Part shown: positions 19,638 to 29,956 of the stretch, one piece after another
Layout of the letters: each line of letters opens with the position of its first letter
Position numbering within the stretch: the stretch's first letter is position 1
Assembly: GCA_963783385.1 (NCBI GenBank)
Contig: CAWANJ010000002.1
Coordinates: forward strand, 160,001-224,000
Reading direction: 5' to 3'
Source: an uncultured Gemmatimonadales bacterium
Lineage (GTDB): Bacteria > Gemmatimonadota > Gemmatimonadetes > Palauibacterales > Palauibacteraceae
DNA: 64,000 nucleotides
Made by a program: the position numbers and the translations under genes
Notes under the pieces: generated by a model
Told to the model about the DNA's origin: nothing
What the model saw: the letters and a program-made list of their open reading frames with translations, nothing else
Databases searched by the model: none

Positions 19638-20087
19638 ATGACAGAGATCATCCTGCAGCAGGACATCGAGAACCTGGGCGAGGCGGGGGAGGTCGTGGAC
19701 GTCAAGCCCGGCTACGCCCGCAACTATCTCCTCCCGCGCGGGCTGGCGATCCCGGCCACCGAGGGGAACGTGAAGCGCATCGAGCAGGAGCGGCGGCGCC
19801 TCCATCGGGCCCGCACCCGCGAGCGCGATCAAGCGGAGGAGCTCTCGCAGCAGCTCGCCGATCGCTCTCTGAGCTTCTCGGTACGCGCCGGAGAGGAAGG
19901 GCGCCTGTTCGGCTCCGTCACGAGCACCGACATTGCCGAGCGGCTGGCCGAAGAGGGGATCGCGGTGGACCGACGGCTCATTCGGCTCGAGGAGCCGATC
20001 AAGGAGCTGGGCGTCTACCGCGTCGCGGTGGAGCTCCACGCCGACGTGCGGCCGGAGCTCAAGGTGTGGGTGGTGGCCGAAGAATAG
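19638..20087 (+). CDS. rplI: 50S ribosomal protein L9
   Basis: LGEAGEVVDVKPGYARNYLLPRG, GRLFGSVT. Confidence 0.97.
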   Translation: MTEIILQQDIENLGEAGEVVDVKPGYARNYLLPRGLAIPATEGNVKRIEQERRRLHRARTRERDQAEELSQQLADRSLSFSVRAGEEGRLFGSVTSTDIAERLAEEGIAVDRRLIRLEEPIKELGVYRVAVELHADVRPELKVWVVAEE

Positions 20088-20148
20088 GCCACGCTGCAGC
20101 CTGCCGGCGGCGCTCGTCGTCGCCGGGACTCCGATACGGGAGCTACGC

Positions 20149-22053
20149 GTGAGCCCGAGCAGGTCTCCTTTCAGGCCGGTGACAGGCCAGGCGCCCCCGG
20201 CTCGCATCGCGTATTGCGACGGGTCGAGGCTGCGCCGGGCGCTGCTGGCCGCCGCCGAGCAGGTCGCGAGAGACCGCGACGAGCTGGACCGCATCAACGT
20301 GTTTCCCGTGCCGGACGGCGACACGGGCACCAACCTGGCTCTCACGCTGCGCTCGGTGGCCGAGGCGGTGGGACCGCTGGATCGCGCGCCCCTCCACGAG
20401 GTCGCGGACGCGGCCGCCCGTGCCAGCCTCCTGGGCGCGCGCGGCAACTCCGGCATGATCCTCTCCCATTTCCTGCTGGGCTTCGCCCGTCACCTGGGCC
20501 GTCGCGCACGGGCGGGCGCCCGCGAGGTCGCCGAGGCCGTGCTGGCATCCTCCCGGTCGCTCGCCGAAGCGCTCGAGGCACCCCAAGAGGGGACGATTCT
20601 CACCGTCGTCCGGGAAGCGGCGGCCTCGGGGCGGGACCGCGTCGACGAGGGAGACGACCTGTACGACTGGCTCCGCGAGATGCGGGGCGCCGCACGGCGC
20701 TCCCTGGACCGCACTCGGGACATGCTCCCGTCGCTGCGCGAGGCGGGGGTCGTGGATGCGGGCGCCAAGGGATTCGTCGAGATGCTCGAGGGCGTATCCA
20801 CGCTGGTGGACCGGGGTCCCGTCCCCTGGGCTGCGGGGGTGACCGGCGTAGAGGACGGTATCGCCGGATCGGCCATGGCGGCATCGGCGACCTCCGCGAC
20901 CTCCGATCTCTCTCCGGCGGGCCCGGGGGCCGTCACCGGGAGCCGGGCGGTGGAGGGCGAGGGACGGTACTGCGTGCAGATCACGCTGGAGGCGTCCGAG
21001 CTCCCTTCGTCCGAGGCTCTCCGGCGCCGCCTCTCGTCCCTGGGCACCTCGCTGATCGTCGTGCGCTCCGGGGACCTGGCCCGCATCCACATCCACGCCG
21101 ACGATCCGGGGGCCGTCGAGTCGTCGCTGGCGCCGCTCGGCACCCTGGTCGCGACGCGTGTGGAGGATACGCGCGCCACCGAGACCGGCACGGCCGTGCG
21201 CCCGGGTGTCGTGGTCACCGACTCGTCCGCGGATCTGCCCTCGTCGTGGGTGAGAGAGAAGGGCGTCGAGGTCGTCCCGCTCCGGCTCATCGTGGGCGAC
21301 GAGACCTACCTGGACGGTCGCGACCTGGACTCCGGGCAAGTAATCCAACTCCTCCTCGACCCGGACGGTCTCCAACCCACCACGTCGCAGCCCCCGGCGG
21401 CGGACTTCGAGCGGGCCTTCCGCCGGGTCCTGGAATCCGGCGCCGATGGCTACCTGGGGATCTTCCTGAGCTCGGCTGTTTCGGGCACCTTCGCGGCGGC
21501 GCGCACGGCAGCCAGGGCCGTGGGCGAGGGTCGTGGCGTGCTCGTCGACTCCCGTAGCGGGTCGCTGGGTCTCGGACTCCTGGTGATCCGGGCGGTGGAG
21601 CTGCTCGAGACGGGGCTCCCGGTGCAGCGCGTGGCCGAGGAGCTCAAGCGCATCCGGTCCCGGTCCAACCTGGTGTTCACCGTCGACAAGATCGACTGGC
21701 TGCTACGCTCGGGCCGGCTGGGTCGAGGGCAGGCGTGGATCGCCCGGCTCATGGGCATCATCCCGGTCCTGCAGCTCGATCCGGCCGGGAACGTGGTTCC
21801 CCGCGCCCGGGTACGGGGCCATGAGGCGGCGCGCGAGGAGATCTTCCGTGCGCTCGACGATGGGCTGGCGGGCGCGCGGCGTTACCGCATCGGCGTGGTG
21901 CACGCCGGGGCCCCCGATCTGGCCGAGTCGCTGGAACGCGAGGTCCGCGAGCGCTACGATCCGGTGGAGACCTACTGCCGTCCGATCACGGCCGTGCTGG
22001 CGGCCCACGCCGGGCCTGGTGCGTGGGGAATCGCCTACCAGGTGGAGAGTTAG
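20149..22053 (+). CDS. DAK2 (FakA-like)-DegV (FakB-like) fusion protein
   Basis: INVFPVPDGDTGTNL, GARGNSG, GVVDAGAKG, HIHADD; then VVTDSSADLP, PTTSQP, HAGPGAWG. Confidence 0.9.
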   Translation: MSPSRSPFRPVTGQAPPARIAYCDGSRLRRALLAAAEQVARDRDELDRINVFPVPDGDTGTNLALTLRSVAEAVGPLDRAPLHEVADAAARASLLGARGNSGMILSHFLLGFARHLGRRARAGAREVAEAVLASSRSLAEALEAPQEGTILTVVREAAASGRDRVDEGDDLYDWLREMRGAARRSLDRTRDMLPSLREAGVVDAGAKGFVEMLEGVSTLVDRGPVPWAAGVTGVEDGIAGSAMAASATSATSDLSPAGPGAVTGSRAVEGEGRYCVQITLEASELPSSEALRRRLSSLGTSLIVVRSGDLARIHIHADDPGAVESSLAPLGTLVATRVEDTRATETGTAVRPGVVVTDSSADLPSSWVREKGVEVVPLRLIVGDETYLDGRDLDSGQVIQLLLDPDGLQPTTSQPPAADFERAFRRVLESGADGYLGIFLSSAVSGTFAAARTAARAVGEGRGVLVDSRSGSLGLGLLVIRAVELLETGLPVQRVAEELKRIRSRSNLVFTVDKIDWLLRSGRLGRGQAWIARLMGIIPVLQLDPAGNVVPRARVRGHEAAREEIFRALDDGLAGARRYRIGVVHAGAPDLAESLEREVRERYDPVETYCRPITAVLAAHAGPGAWGIAYQVES

Positions 22054-22095
22054 TTTCGTGAGGCTGCCGTTCGTGACCGTACGTCCGGGAGGGGC

Positions 22096-22503
22096 ATGAC
22101 CGAGGGGGTGGAGAGGAGCACGCAGGTGGCCTCCGGGGACGAGCTGCGCCTGGGCGATCCGGGCGTGCCGCCGGAGGTCGCCCTCCTCGTCGATGCCGCC
22201 CTCGAGAGGCACGCGCGCGATCCGGTCATCCTGGATCTCCGCGGGCTGTCCGACGCCACCGACTTCTTCTTCATCGTGTCCGGCGACTCGGACGTCCACA
22301 CGCGCTCCATCGCCGAGAACCTGGTGCGGAGCCTGGATGAGCACGGCTTCGATCCGGTCGGGATCGAGGGTCGCTCGAGCGGGCGTTGGATCTTGCTCGA
22401 CTACGTCAATGTCGTGGTGCACGTCTTCCTGCCGCGGGTCAGGGAGTTCTACCGACTGGAGCAGCTTTGGGGCGACGCGCCACGCACGACGGTCGAGGCA
22501 TGA
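22096..22503 (+). CDS. rsfS: Ribosome silencing factor
   Basis: LDLRGLSDATDFF, WILLDYVNVVVHVF...REFYRLEQLWGDAP. Confidence 0.95.
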   Translation: MTEGVERSTQVASGDELRLGDPGVPPEVALLVDAALERHARDPVILDLRGLSDATDFFFIVSGDSDVHTRSIAENLVRSLDEHGFDPVGIEGRSSGRWILLDYVNVVVHVFLPRVREFYRLEQLWGDAPRTTVEA

Positions 22504-24140
22504 CCGGGCCGGGTCCGGCACGGGCCGGAAGGGTCGCTCTCGCCCTGGCGGCGCTGGCGCTGGCGCTGGCGGGATGCGGGGGCGGGACGGGCGGTCCGAC
22601 CTCCCGCACGGTCGGTGACACCGGCGCCCTGCACGGCGTGTCGTTGGTGGTCGGAACCGAGGTCGACGACTGGTCCCTGCTGGTGGTGCCCCGCTCGGGA
22701 GGCAAGGCCACGTCGCGGGACGTGAGGGACCCGACGCGGGTCCTGTGGACCGGATCGACCGACCTGCCCGCCGCCCGCGTGGTTCATGTCCTGGAGGGTC
22801 CGGTGCTGGTCCTCAGGACGGCGGGTGGCGCCGTCTACCGTTACGATCCCACCACGGACAGCCTCGGTCGTGTGGGCCATGTCGGCTCGGATGCCCGCTG
22901 GGACGCGTGGGGCGCGTACGGCGCCTACCTGGATCGGTCGGACGGACGCGTCCTCGAGATCGGACCCGAGGGAGCCTGGGAGTTCGCGCTCTCCGGCAAG
23001 CCCCGGTGGGCCAGCCCGGTGGAGGACGGAAGTCTCGCGGTGCTGCAGGATGGGGACGGACAGGCGGGATCCGTGTGGCTCGTGAACCGCGGTGACTCCA
23101 CCCCCTCGAGCCGGACCGGCCCGGGCTACGCGGGGCCGGGCCTCACGACGGCGTGGGGCAAGCGCCTGGTGCTCACCGCGGCGGGCGGGCACGGGGTCCG
23201 GGTCCTGGCCGTGCCGTCCCTGGCCGACGCCGAAGACATCGACCTGGGAGGTTCCCTGTCGGCGCTGGCGGCCTCTCCCTCGTCGCACGACTTGTACGCC
23301 GCTCTGTCCGATCCCCCCCGCGTGATCAGCGTCAACCGCTTCAGTCGGGCGACGAGCGTGCTGGCTCGCGAGGACACGACGCTCACCGCGCTGCGTTCGG
23401 CGGTGCTGGGTCAGTTCCTGCTGGGGCGGGAGGGGCGCCGCGTCGCCTGGATTCCGCTCGGCGGCGCCCCGCCGAAGACGACCGAGGCCGAGTGGCGCGA
23501 GGACCTCCCGCTGGGAACGCCGTCGGGGAACGTCCTGTTCGTGCGGGGAGACAGCCTCTACTCCTGGACCCCGGAGACGGGCCGGGCGCCCGTCGCGGTG
23601 GAAGCCCCGGCCGACGGCTGGTGGTCGGCCGTGCGCTGGAACCCCGCGCCACCGCCGGTCCGCATGGCGAGCGTGGATTCCGCATCGGCGGGTCCGCGGG
23701 GTCCGGCGGTCGACAGCTCCGCCCCGCTGGTCGCGGCCGACACAGGCGCGACCGGCACTCCGCCGCCGACCCCGGCGGCCGCCCCCCGGGCCGCGCCGGC
23801 CGATACCCTGGCGGCCGCGGCCGGGACGGCGACCGACGGCGGCCCGACCTCCACACCCGCCCTCCATCCCGAGGCCGGGATCTACGCCATCGTCACCTCC
23901 GCGCAGGCGATGTCCGGCGTCCGGACGCTGCTCTCCGAGCTGTCCGCGGCCGGTTATCCTACCGCCATCCAGCGGTATCTCGACGACGCGGGTCAGGTAT
24001 GGTACAGGGGCATGGTCGGTCCGTATCCGTCTCGAGATGCGGCCGAGGCGGCGGCACGGCAGCTGCGCCGGGAGCGCTCGCTCAAGGTGTGGGTGACCGA
24101 GATTCGCCCCGGGTCGCTGTCGCCGGAGAACTTGCGCTGA
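22500..24140 (+). CDS. Lipoprotein with beta-propeller-like region and C-terminal SPOR domain
   Basis: Lipobox LAGC; Pro/Ala linker; VWYRGMVGPYPSRDAAEAAARQL; ATGA overlap with rsfS. Confidence 0.75.
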   Translation: MTGPGPARAGRVALALAALALALAGCGGGTGGPTSRTVGDTGALHGVSLVVGTEVDDWSLLVVPRSGGKATSRDVRDPTRVLWTGSTDLPAARVVHVLEGPVLVLRTAGGAVYRYDPTTDSLGRVGHVGSDARWDAWGAYGAYLDRSDGRVLEIGPEGAWEFALSGKPRWASPVEDGSLAVLQDGDGQAGSVWLVNRGDSTPSSRTGPGYAGPGLTTAWGKRLVLTAAGGHGVRVLAVPSLADAEDIDLGGSLSALAASPSSHDLYAALSDPPRVISVNRFSRATSVLAREDTTLTALRSAVLGQFLLGREGRRVAWIPLGGAPPKTTEAEWREDLPLGTPSGNVLFVRGDSLYSWTPETGRAPVAVEAPADGWWSAVRWNPAPPPVRMASVDSASAGPRGPAVDSSAPLVAADTGATGTPPPTPAAAPRAAPADTLAAAAGTATDGGPTSTPALHPEAGIYAIVTSAQAMSGVRTLLSELSAAGYPTAIQRYLDDAGQVWYRGMVGPYPSRDAAEAAARQLRRERSLKVWVTEIRPGSLSPENLR

Positions 24141-24147
24141 CGAACCG

Positions 24148-25581
24148 GTGACCTCGCCGCCGGACGACCGGATCGCGGATCGACTCGGGGGCCTCCCCGA
24201 CGGAAGCGCGGTGGTCGTCGTCGCGATGGAGTCGAGCGACGACGCTCGCGCCGCCGCCGAACGGGCGGTCGGCGTTGCGAGGACGCTGGCGGCTTCCCGT
24301 GCGCACGTGCTGCTCGCCGGCATCGGTGGCGCGGGCGTCGTCCTGGACCGCGTCCGAGCCGCGTCCGGCGCAGGTCTCGAGGCGGTGTTCCGGGGCGAAG
24401 CGACCCTGTCCGAGGTCGCGGTACGGACGGGCCACGGCGAGCCCATCTACCTCCCTTCCGGCGTGCCGGAGGCCGGACGGGCGCCGAACCGTGAGGGGGC
24501 CGTGCGGCGCGCGCAGCGGCTCGGAGCCGTGCTGCGGAAGGCTGGCGCCACCCTGGTGCTGCTCCTGGATGCCGAGGTGGCGACCGCGGCCGGGCTGGCC
24601 GAATCCGCCGACCTCGTGCTGCGGGGCGCAGGGCCCGAGGGGACGGGCCTCCCGGTCGCGCCGGCGGGAAAGGTCGGTCCGCCGATAACGAGCGACGCGG
24701 AGGAAGAGGCGCGTCGACGCAAACGGGGCCGGTGGCGTCGCCACCGCAAGCGCGGTCAGACGGCCGTGGCCCGGGCGGTCGCGGCGGTCACGCTGGTCGC
24801 GGCGGCGGTGGGAGGTTGGTGGATCACCTTCGAGATCTTTGGGCCCGAGCAGCCGGCCACACCGGAGCTCGCCCCCCGGGCGGCGGGGGCCGAGACCATG
24901 AGGGTGGGAGCGGGCGGAGCGTCCGACTCCGGGACCGCCTCGGGCCCGACCGATTCGAGCCGGGCGGCCAGGGACACGAAGGACGCGGCGCCCGGCGCCG
25001 CGAACCGCCTCGCCACGCGTGGAGCGCCGCGGCCGTCGAGCACGCGCCCGGCGGCCCCGCTGTCGGCTTCCCGCGTGGCCAATCGGGCCCCGGCCCTCCC
25101 GTACTCGGTGCTCATTGCGAGCTACTCGACGCGGAGCGACGCCGTGAGCCGGGCCCGCCAGTGGTCGGCGGACGACGACATCCTGTACCTCGTGGCTCCG
25201 ACGCCGGTGCAGGGCCGCGTCTACTACCGCCTGTTCGCCGGCGCGCAGGGGAGCCGGGACGATGCCACGCGGCTCATGAACCGCCTGGTGCACCGCGGAC
25301 GTAAGGAACGATCGAGCACCTGGGACGTGCGGCCCGTCTCGCTCGCTTTCAGGCTGGCCCTGCGGGCCACCCGGCGGGCGGCGGCTGCGCGGGCGGACAC
25401 CCTGACCACGCGAGGGGTCCCGGCCTACGTGATCCCGGCGGTGGCCGCGGACGATACGGTGTGGCAGGTGTACGCGGGGGCGTTCGAGTCGGCGGACGCG
25501 GGCGCCGTGCTGGCGCGGGCGCTGGCCAAGTCGGGACAGGAGGCGAAGCTGGTGACGAGGCGGGGAACGAGGGGACGATGA
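24148..25581 (+). CDS. Membrane protein with cytoplasmic N-terminal domain, one TM helix and tandem SPOR domains
   Basis: Basic stretch then TM (AVAAVTLVAAAVGGWW); PYSVLIASYST...YYRLFAGA and WQVYAGAFES. Confidence 0.72.
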   Translation: MTSPPDDRIADRLGGLPDGSAVVVVAMESSDDARAAAERAVGVARTLAASRAHVLLAGIGGAGVVLDRVRAASGAGLEAVFRGEATLSEVAVRTGHGEPIYLPSGVPEAGRAPNREGAVRRAQRLGAVLRKAGATLVLLLDAEVATAAGLAESADLVLRGAGPEGTGLPVAPAGKVGPPITSDAEEEARRRKRGRWRRHRKRGQTAVARAVAAVTLVAAAVGGWWITFEIFGPEQPATPELAPRAAGAETMRVGAGGASDSGTASGPTDSSRAARDTKDAAPGAANRLATRGAPRPSSTRPAAPLSASRVANRAPALPYSVLIASYSTRSDAVSRARQWSADDDILYLVAPTPVQGRVYYRLFAGAQGSRDDATRLMNRLVHRGRKERSSTWDVRPVSLAFRLALRATRRAAAARADTLTTRGVPAYVIPAVAADDTVWQVYAGAFESADAGAVLARALAKSGQEAKLVTRRGTRGR

Positions 25582-28500
25582 AGATCCAGAAGCTCACGCT
25601 CCAGGGTTTCAAGTCGTTCGCCGACCGGACCGAGGTGAAGCTGCACGACGGCATCACGGCCATCGTGGGCCCCAACGGGTGCGGGAAATCCAACATCTCC
25701 GATGCCCTGCGATGGGTGCTCGGCGAGCAGCGGCCGTCGGCCATACGGGGCGCCCGCATGGAGGAGGCGATCTTCGGCGGGACGTCCCAGCGCGGTCCCA
25801 TCTCCCGGGCCGAGGTGTCGCTCACCATCCTCAACGACGATGGCGCCCTGGCCCTCCCCTACAGGGAAGTCGTCATCGGACGTACGGTCTACCGGGGCGG
25901 AGAGGGCGAGTACAGGCTCAACGGCGAGGTCGTCCGACTGCGCGACATCCAGGACCTGTGCCGCGACACCGGGCTCGGGGCTACGGAGTACTCGGTCATC
26001 GAGAGCCGGATGGTCGACGCGATCCTCAGCGATCGGGCCGAGGAGCGGCGTGCCCTGTTCGAGGAAGCCGCGGAGATCGGGCGTTACAAGGACCGTCGTC
26101 GGACGGCGCTCCGGCGGCTGGACCAGGCGCAGGGCGACCTCGAACGGCTCGAGGACGTCATCGGCGAGGTGGGGACGAAGGTGCGGTCGCTGGCCCAGCA
26201 GCGCGGGCGCGCCGACCGTCACACGGAGTACCGTGACCGACTCCTCCGGCTGGAGGTCGCGGTAGCGGGCGCCCGCCTCGAGGACCTCACCGCCAGGATC
26301 GAGTCGCGCGAGGCGGAGCTCGAAAAGCTCCGGCGCCGCCAGCCGGGCGAGGAGGGCCAGCTGCGCACCCGGGAGACCGAGGCGGAGGCCCTGCGGGTGC
26401 GCATCGCGGAGGCCGAGCGCGCGCGCGGCGATCGGGCTCGGGAGCTCGAACAGGTCCGGGGCCGCATCGAGGAGCACGAGCGACAGCGCCTCGTCGCCGC
26501 CGAGCGGGCCGCCGCCGCCGAGCGCCGCATCGAGGCGATCGGACAGGAGCTCGCGGAGCTGGCTTCCCGCCGCGAGCGCCTCGAGTCCGAGTCCGGGCGG
26601 CTGGAGGAGCGGACCGCGACCGAGGAGGCGGAACTCACCGGCCTGCGCGAGCGCGAGGCGGAGCTCCAGTCACGGTCGGAGACCCTGGCCGCCGACCGGG
26701 ACGCGGCCCGTCACGAGGAGGAGGAGGCGGAGGAACGGGCCGCTTCCCTGGGGCGGGAGGTCCGGCTCGGGGAAGCCGAGGAGGAGGCCCGCGAGGAGCG
26801 CATCGCCGAGCGGGCCGCGGAGCTGGAGCGCCGCCAGTCCCAGCTTCGCGACCTGGGCGAAGCCGCGGGCCGGCGAGCCGAGGAGCTGGAGTCGGCCCGG
26901 CGGGAGGCCGAAGAGACGTCGGAGCGGGCGGCCGGAGTCGCCCGCCGGCTCGAACAGGCCGAGCGGGAGGTGTCGGCGCGGCGGGAGGACCTTCGCGGGC
27001 TGCGCGAGAAGCTCGCGTCCCTCGAGGGCGAGCTCGCGTCCGAGCGAGCCCGGGCCGCGGGACTGGAGAGCCTGCTGGCTTCCGGCGGAGATGTCCCCGC
27101 TCCCGTGGCCGCGCTCCTGGAGCGGTCGGACGAGATCCCCGGGTTTCGTGGCCTTCTGGCGGACTCCATCTCCGCGAGCGCCGAGTTCGCGCCGGCCGTG
27201 GAGGCGGTGCTCGGCGCGTACCTTCACGGCCTTCTCGTCGACGGGTGGGACGGAGTGCGCGCGGTGCGGCGGTTGCTGGACGAGGGCTCCGAGGAGGGTG
27301 TTCTCCTCCTGCCGCTGGATCCCGGACCACGACGTTCCGCCGGCGGAACGGAGGGCGGCCGGGGTCGACCCCTGGTCGACGTGGTCCGGTCTCACGGAGC
27401 CGGTGCCGCCTGGGTCGAGGCGCTCCTGGACGGCGTTCGGCTCGACGCAGATGGAGAGCTCTCCTCGCGGGGCGGGAGCTGGGTGGCGCCGGATGGGAGC
27501 GGGGAGGACCGGTGGGGCGCCGTGCGGCTTGGACAGCTCGCCGCGGCCCGCGGCACGGTGCGCCGACGGGCAGAGCTGGAGGAGGCACGCGAGGCGGCCG
27601 CCAGGAAGGAGAAGCGGGTCGAATCGCTCCGGGGAGACGTAGCCGAGATGGAAGCCCGGCTGGAGGCGGCCGCCGGTCGGGCCTCCGAGCTGGGGGAGGA
27701 GGCCACCGACGCGGCGCGGTCGTCCCGGGAGGCGACCGAGAGGGCCGAGGCGTCGGCGGCACGGCTCGAGCGCGCGTCCCGCGAGCGCGAAGAAGCGTCG
27801 GCGCGGATCGCGGAGCTCGAGGGCAGCCTGGAGGAGGCGCGGACCCTGCGACGGCGGGGCGACGAGCGACTGGAGGAGCTTCGGGCCGAGCTCGAGCGGG
27901 CGTCCGAGGGCCTGGCGGGCGTCCGGGAGCGCTCCCGGCAGGCGCGGGGCGCCGCGGAGGAGTCGCGGGGACGCCTGCACGAGCTGCAGCTGGAGCTGGC
28001 CCGGCGCGAATCGGAGCTCTCCGGAGCCAAGGAGCGGCTGGATCGGGCGCGGACGGCGACGCGCGAGCTGGACGAGCGGCGCCGTCGCCTGGAGGAAGAG
28101 GGCGCCGCCGAGGGCGAGGCGCAGGACGCCTCGATCCGCCACCAGGAGGAGGCGGGAGAGGCGCTGGTCGACCTGCTGGAGCGTCGGGCCGAGATGGAGG
28201 AGCGCCTCGGCGAGGCGGAGCGGGAGCTCGCGTCCCGCCGCCAGGCCCTGGAGACGCTGGAGCAGGGCCTGCGCGAGGTGCGGCGGAGCGAGCGAGAGCA
28301 CGTGGAGCACCGCCACCGCCTGGAGCTCGAGCTGGCCGAGATGCGGGGCAAGCGGGGCTCGATCCGGGAGCGGATCGAGGCGGAGTGGGAGGAGACGCTG
28401 GAGGCGCTGCTCGAGCGGATCGAGCCCCTCGAGGATGGCGGGCCCGACGCCTGGTCGCGGGAGCTCGAGGAGGTGCGACGGAAGCTCGCGCGCCTCGGGC

Positions 28501-29111
28501 CCGTCAACCTTCTGGCGGCCGAGGAATACGAGGAGGAGAAGGAGCGCCTCGACTTCCTCACCGCGCAGCGCGACGACCTGGTCGAGGCGCGCGACGACCT
28601 GCACGCGTCCATCCGGCGCATCAACACCGAAGCCGCCCGCGCCTTCCAGTCCACCTTCGACCAGGTGCGCGAGAACTTCCAGCGGACTTTCACGAGCCTG
28701 TTCGAGGGCGGCCAGTGCGACCTGTGGCTCGAGGACGCGGAGGATCCCCTCGACTCGCCCATAGAGATCTCGGCCAGTCCACGCGGCAAGCGGACGCAGC
28801 GGATCCACCTCCTCTCCGGCGGGGAGCGAGCCCTCACGGCGCTGTCCCTGCTGTTCGCGATCTACCTGGCCAAGCCCAGCCCGTTCTGCATCATGGACGA
28901 GGTGGACGCGCCCCTGGACGAGACCAACATTGGACGCTTCGTGCAGATGCTGGCCCGGTTCAAGGATGACACGCAGTTCATCGTGATCACCCACAATCCG
29001 CGCACGATCGAAGCGGCGGATTGGATCTACGGCGTGACGATGCAGGAGCCGGGCGTCTCCTCGGTGGTGGGCGTGGAGTTCGGGAACCTCCCGGCGGGGC
29101 AGGTCGCGTGA
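25578..29111 (+). CDS. smc: Chromosome segregation protein SMC
   Basis: GFKSFAD, GPNGCGKSN, long coiled coils with hinge, LSGGE, DEVDAPLD, FIVITH. Confidence 0.97.
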   Translation: MKIQKLTLQGFKSFADRTEVKLHDGITAIVGPNGCGKSNISDALRWVLGEQRPSAIRGARMEEAIFGGTSQRGPISRAEVSLTILNDDGALALPYREVVIGRTVYRGGEGEYRLNGEVVRLRDIQDLCRDTGLGATEYSVIESRMVDAILSDRAEERRALFEEAAEIGRYKDRRRTALRRLDQAQGDLERLEDVIGEVGTKVRSLAQQRGRADRHTEYRDRLLRLEVAVAGARLEDLTARIESREAELEKLRRRQPGEEGQLRTRETEAEALRVRIAEAERARGDRARELEQVRGRIEEHERQRLVAAERAAAAERRIEAIGQELAELASRRERLESESGRLEERTATEEAELTGLREREAELQSRSETLAADRDAARHEEEEAEERAASLGREVRLGEAEEEAREERIAERAAELERRQSQLRDLGEAAGRRAEELESARREAEETSERAAGVARRLEQAEREVSARREDLRGLREKLASLEGELASERARAAGLESLLASGGDVPAPVAALLERSDEIPGFRGLLADSISASAEFAPAVEAVLGAYLHGLLVDGWDGVRAVRRLLDEGSEEGVLLLPLDPGPRRSAGGTEGGRGRPLVDVVRSHGAGAAWVEALLDGVRLDADGELSSRGGSWVAPDGSGEDRWGAVRLGQLAAARGTVRRRAELEEAREAAARKEKRVESLRGDVAEMEARLEAAAGRASELGEEATDAARSSREATERAEASAARLERASREREEASARIAELEGSLEEARTLRRRGDERLEELRAELERASEGLAGVRERSRQARGAAEESRGRLHELQLELARRESELSGAKERLDRARTATRELDERRRRLEEEGAAEGEAQDASIRHQEEAGEALVDLLERRAEMEERLGEAERELASRRQALETLEQGLREVRRSEREHVEHRHRLELELAEMRGKRGSIRERIEAEWEETLEALLERIEPLEDGGPDAWSRELEEVRRKLARLGPVNLLAAEEYEEEKERLDFLTAQRDDLVEARDDLHASIRRINTEAARAFQSTFDQVRENFQRTFTSLFEGGQCDLWLEDAEDPLDSPIEISASPRGKRTQRIHLLSGGERALTALSLLFAIYLAKPSPFCIMDEVDAPLDETNIGRFVQMLARFKDDTQFIVITHNPRTIEAADWIYGVTMQEPGVSSVVGVEFGNLPAGQVA

Positions 29112-29908
29112 GCCGCCTGGTCGTCGTCGGATGCGGGACGGTCGTGCCCGAGGCCGACCGGGGCTGCTCCTCCTACTACCTTGAGTTCGGGGGAGGCCGC
29201 ATACTCCTCGACTGCGGGGCCGGGGCCGTCCAGTCCCTCGCACGACTGGGGCTGCCGTGGAGCGAGCTCTCGGACCTCGTGATCACCCACTTCCACGCCG
29301 ATCACGTCGGTGCGGTGCCGGGCCTGTTCTTTGCCCTCAAGCACGGCATCATGCCCCCGCGCCGGGACGACCTCACGGTATGGGGCCCTCCGGGGACGCG
29401 GCTCCTGTTCGAGCGGCTGGCGGCCGCCCTCGGCGACTACCTGCTGGATCCGGGCTTCCCGCTGGCCTTTCGGGAGGTGACGCCCGGCTCCCGCTCGGAG
29501 CTCTCCTGCGGCGTGGCCCTCTCCGTCCACGAGACCGCACACACCGAAGAGAGCCACGCCGTGCGGCTGGACGGTCCGGAAGCTGCTGTGGGCTACACCG
29601 GCGACACCGGGCCGGTGCCGGAACTCGGGCGCTTCTTCGCGGGAGTGGACCTGCTGGTGAGCGAGTGCTCGCTGACCGACGATCAGGTCGGTGACAACCA
29701 CCTCTCGCCGACGCGGGTGGCGACGATCGCCGCCGAGGCCGAGCCCGGCGTGTTGCTTCTTTCGCACATCTACCCGCACGTTCGAGAGCGACTCGACGTG
29801 CCGGCCCTGGTGGCCGAGGCCGGCTGGACGGGTCCGACGCGGGTGGCTGCAGACGGGATGTCGGTGGTGCTCCCCGTGGAGTCGGGGCGGAGCGCGGGCG
29901 GGAGTTGA
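29108..29908 (+). CDS. MBL-fold metallohydrolase (RNase Z/BN-like)
   Basis: LLDCGAG, THFHADH, YTGDTG, LSHIYP; GTGA overlap with smc. Confidence 0.88.
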   Translation: MSRLVVVGCGTVVPEADRGCSSYYLEFGGGRILLDCGAGAVQSLARLGLPWSELSDLVITHFHADHVGAVPGLFFALKHGIMPPRRDDLTVWGPPGTRLLFERLAAALGDYLLDPGFPLAFREVTPGSRSELSCGVALSVHETAHTEESHAVRLDGPEAAVGYTGDTGPVPELGRFFAGVDLLVSECSLTDDQVGDNHLSPTRVATIAAEAEPGVLLLSHIYPHVRERLDVPALVAEAGWTGPTRVAADGMSVVLPVESGRSAGGS

Positions 29909-29956
29909 GGGAGCCTTGAGCTCGGTTACGAAAGAGTCTCCAGGAGTCATACGAGC

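Noticed and set aside
26250-28560. Repetitive GAG/CGC-rich DNA
   Set aside because: Explained by SMC coiled-coil codons; not a repeat array.
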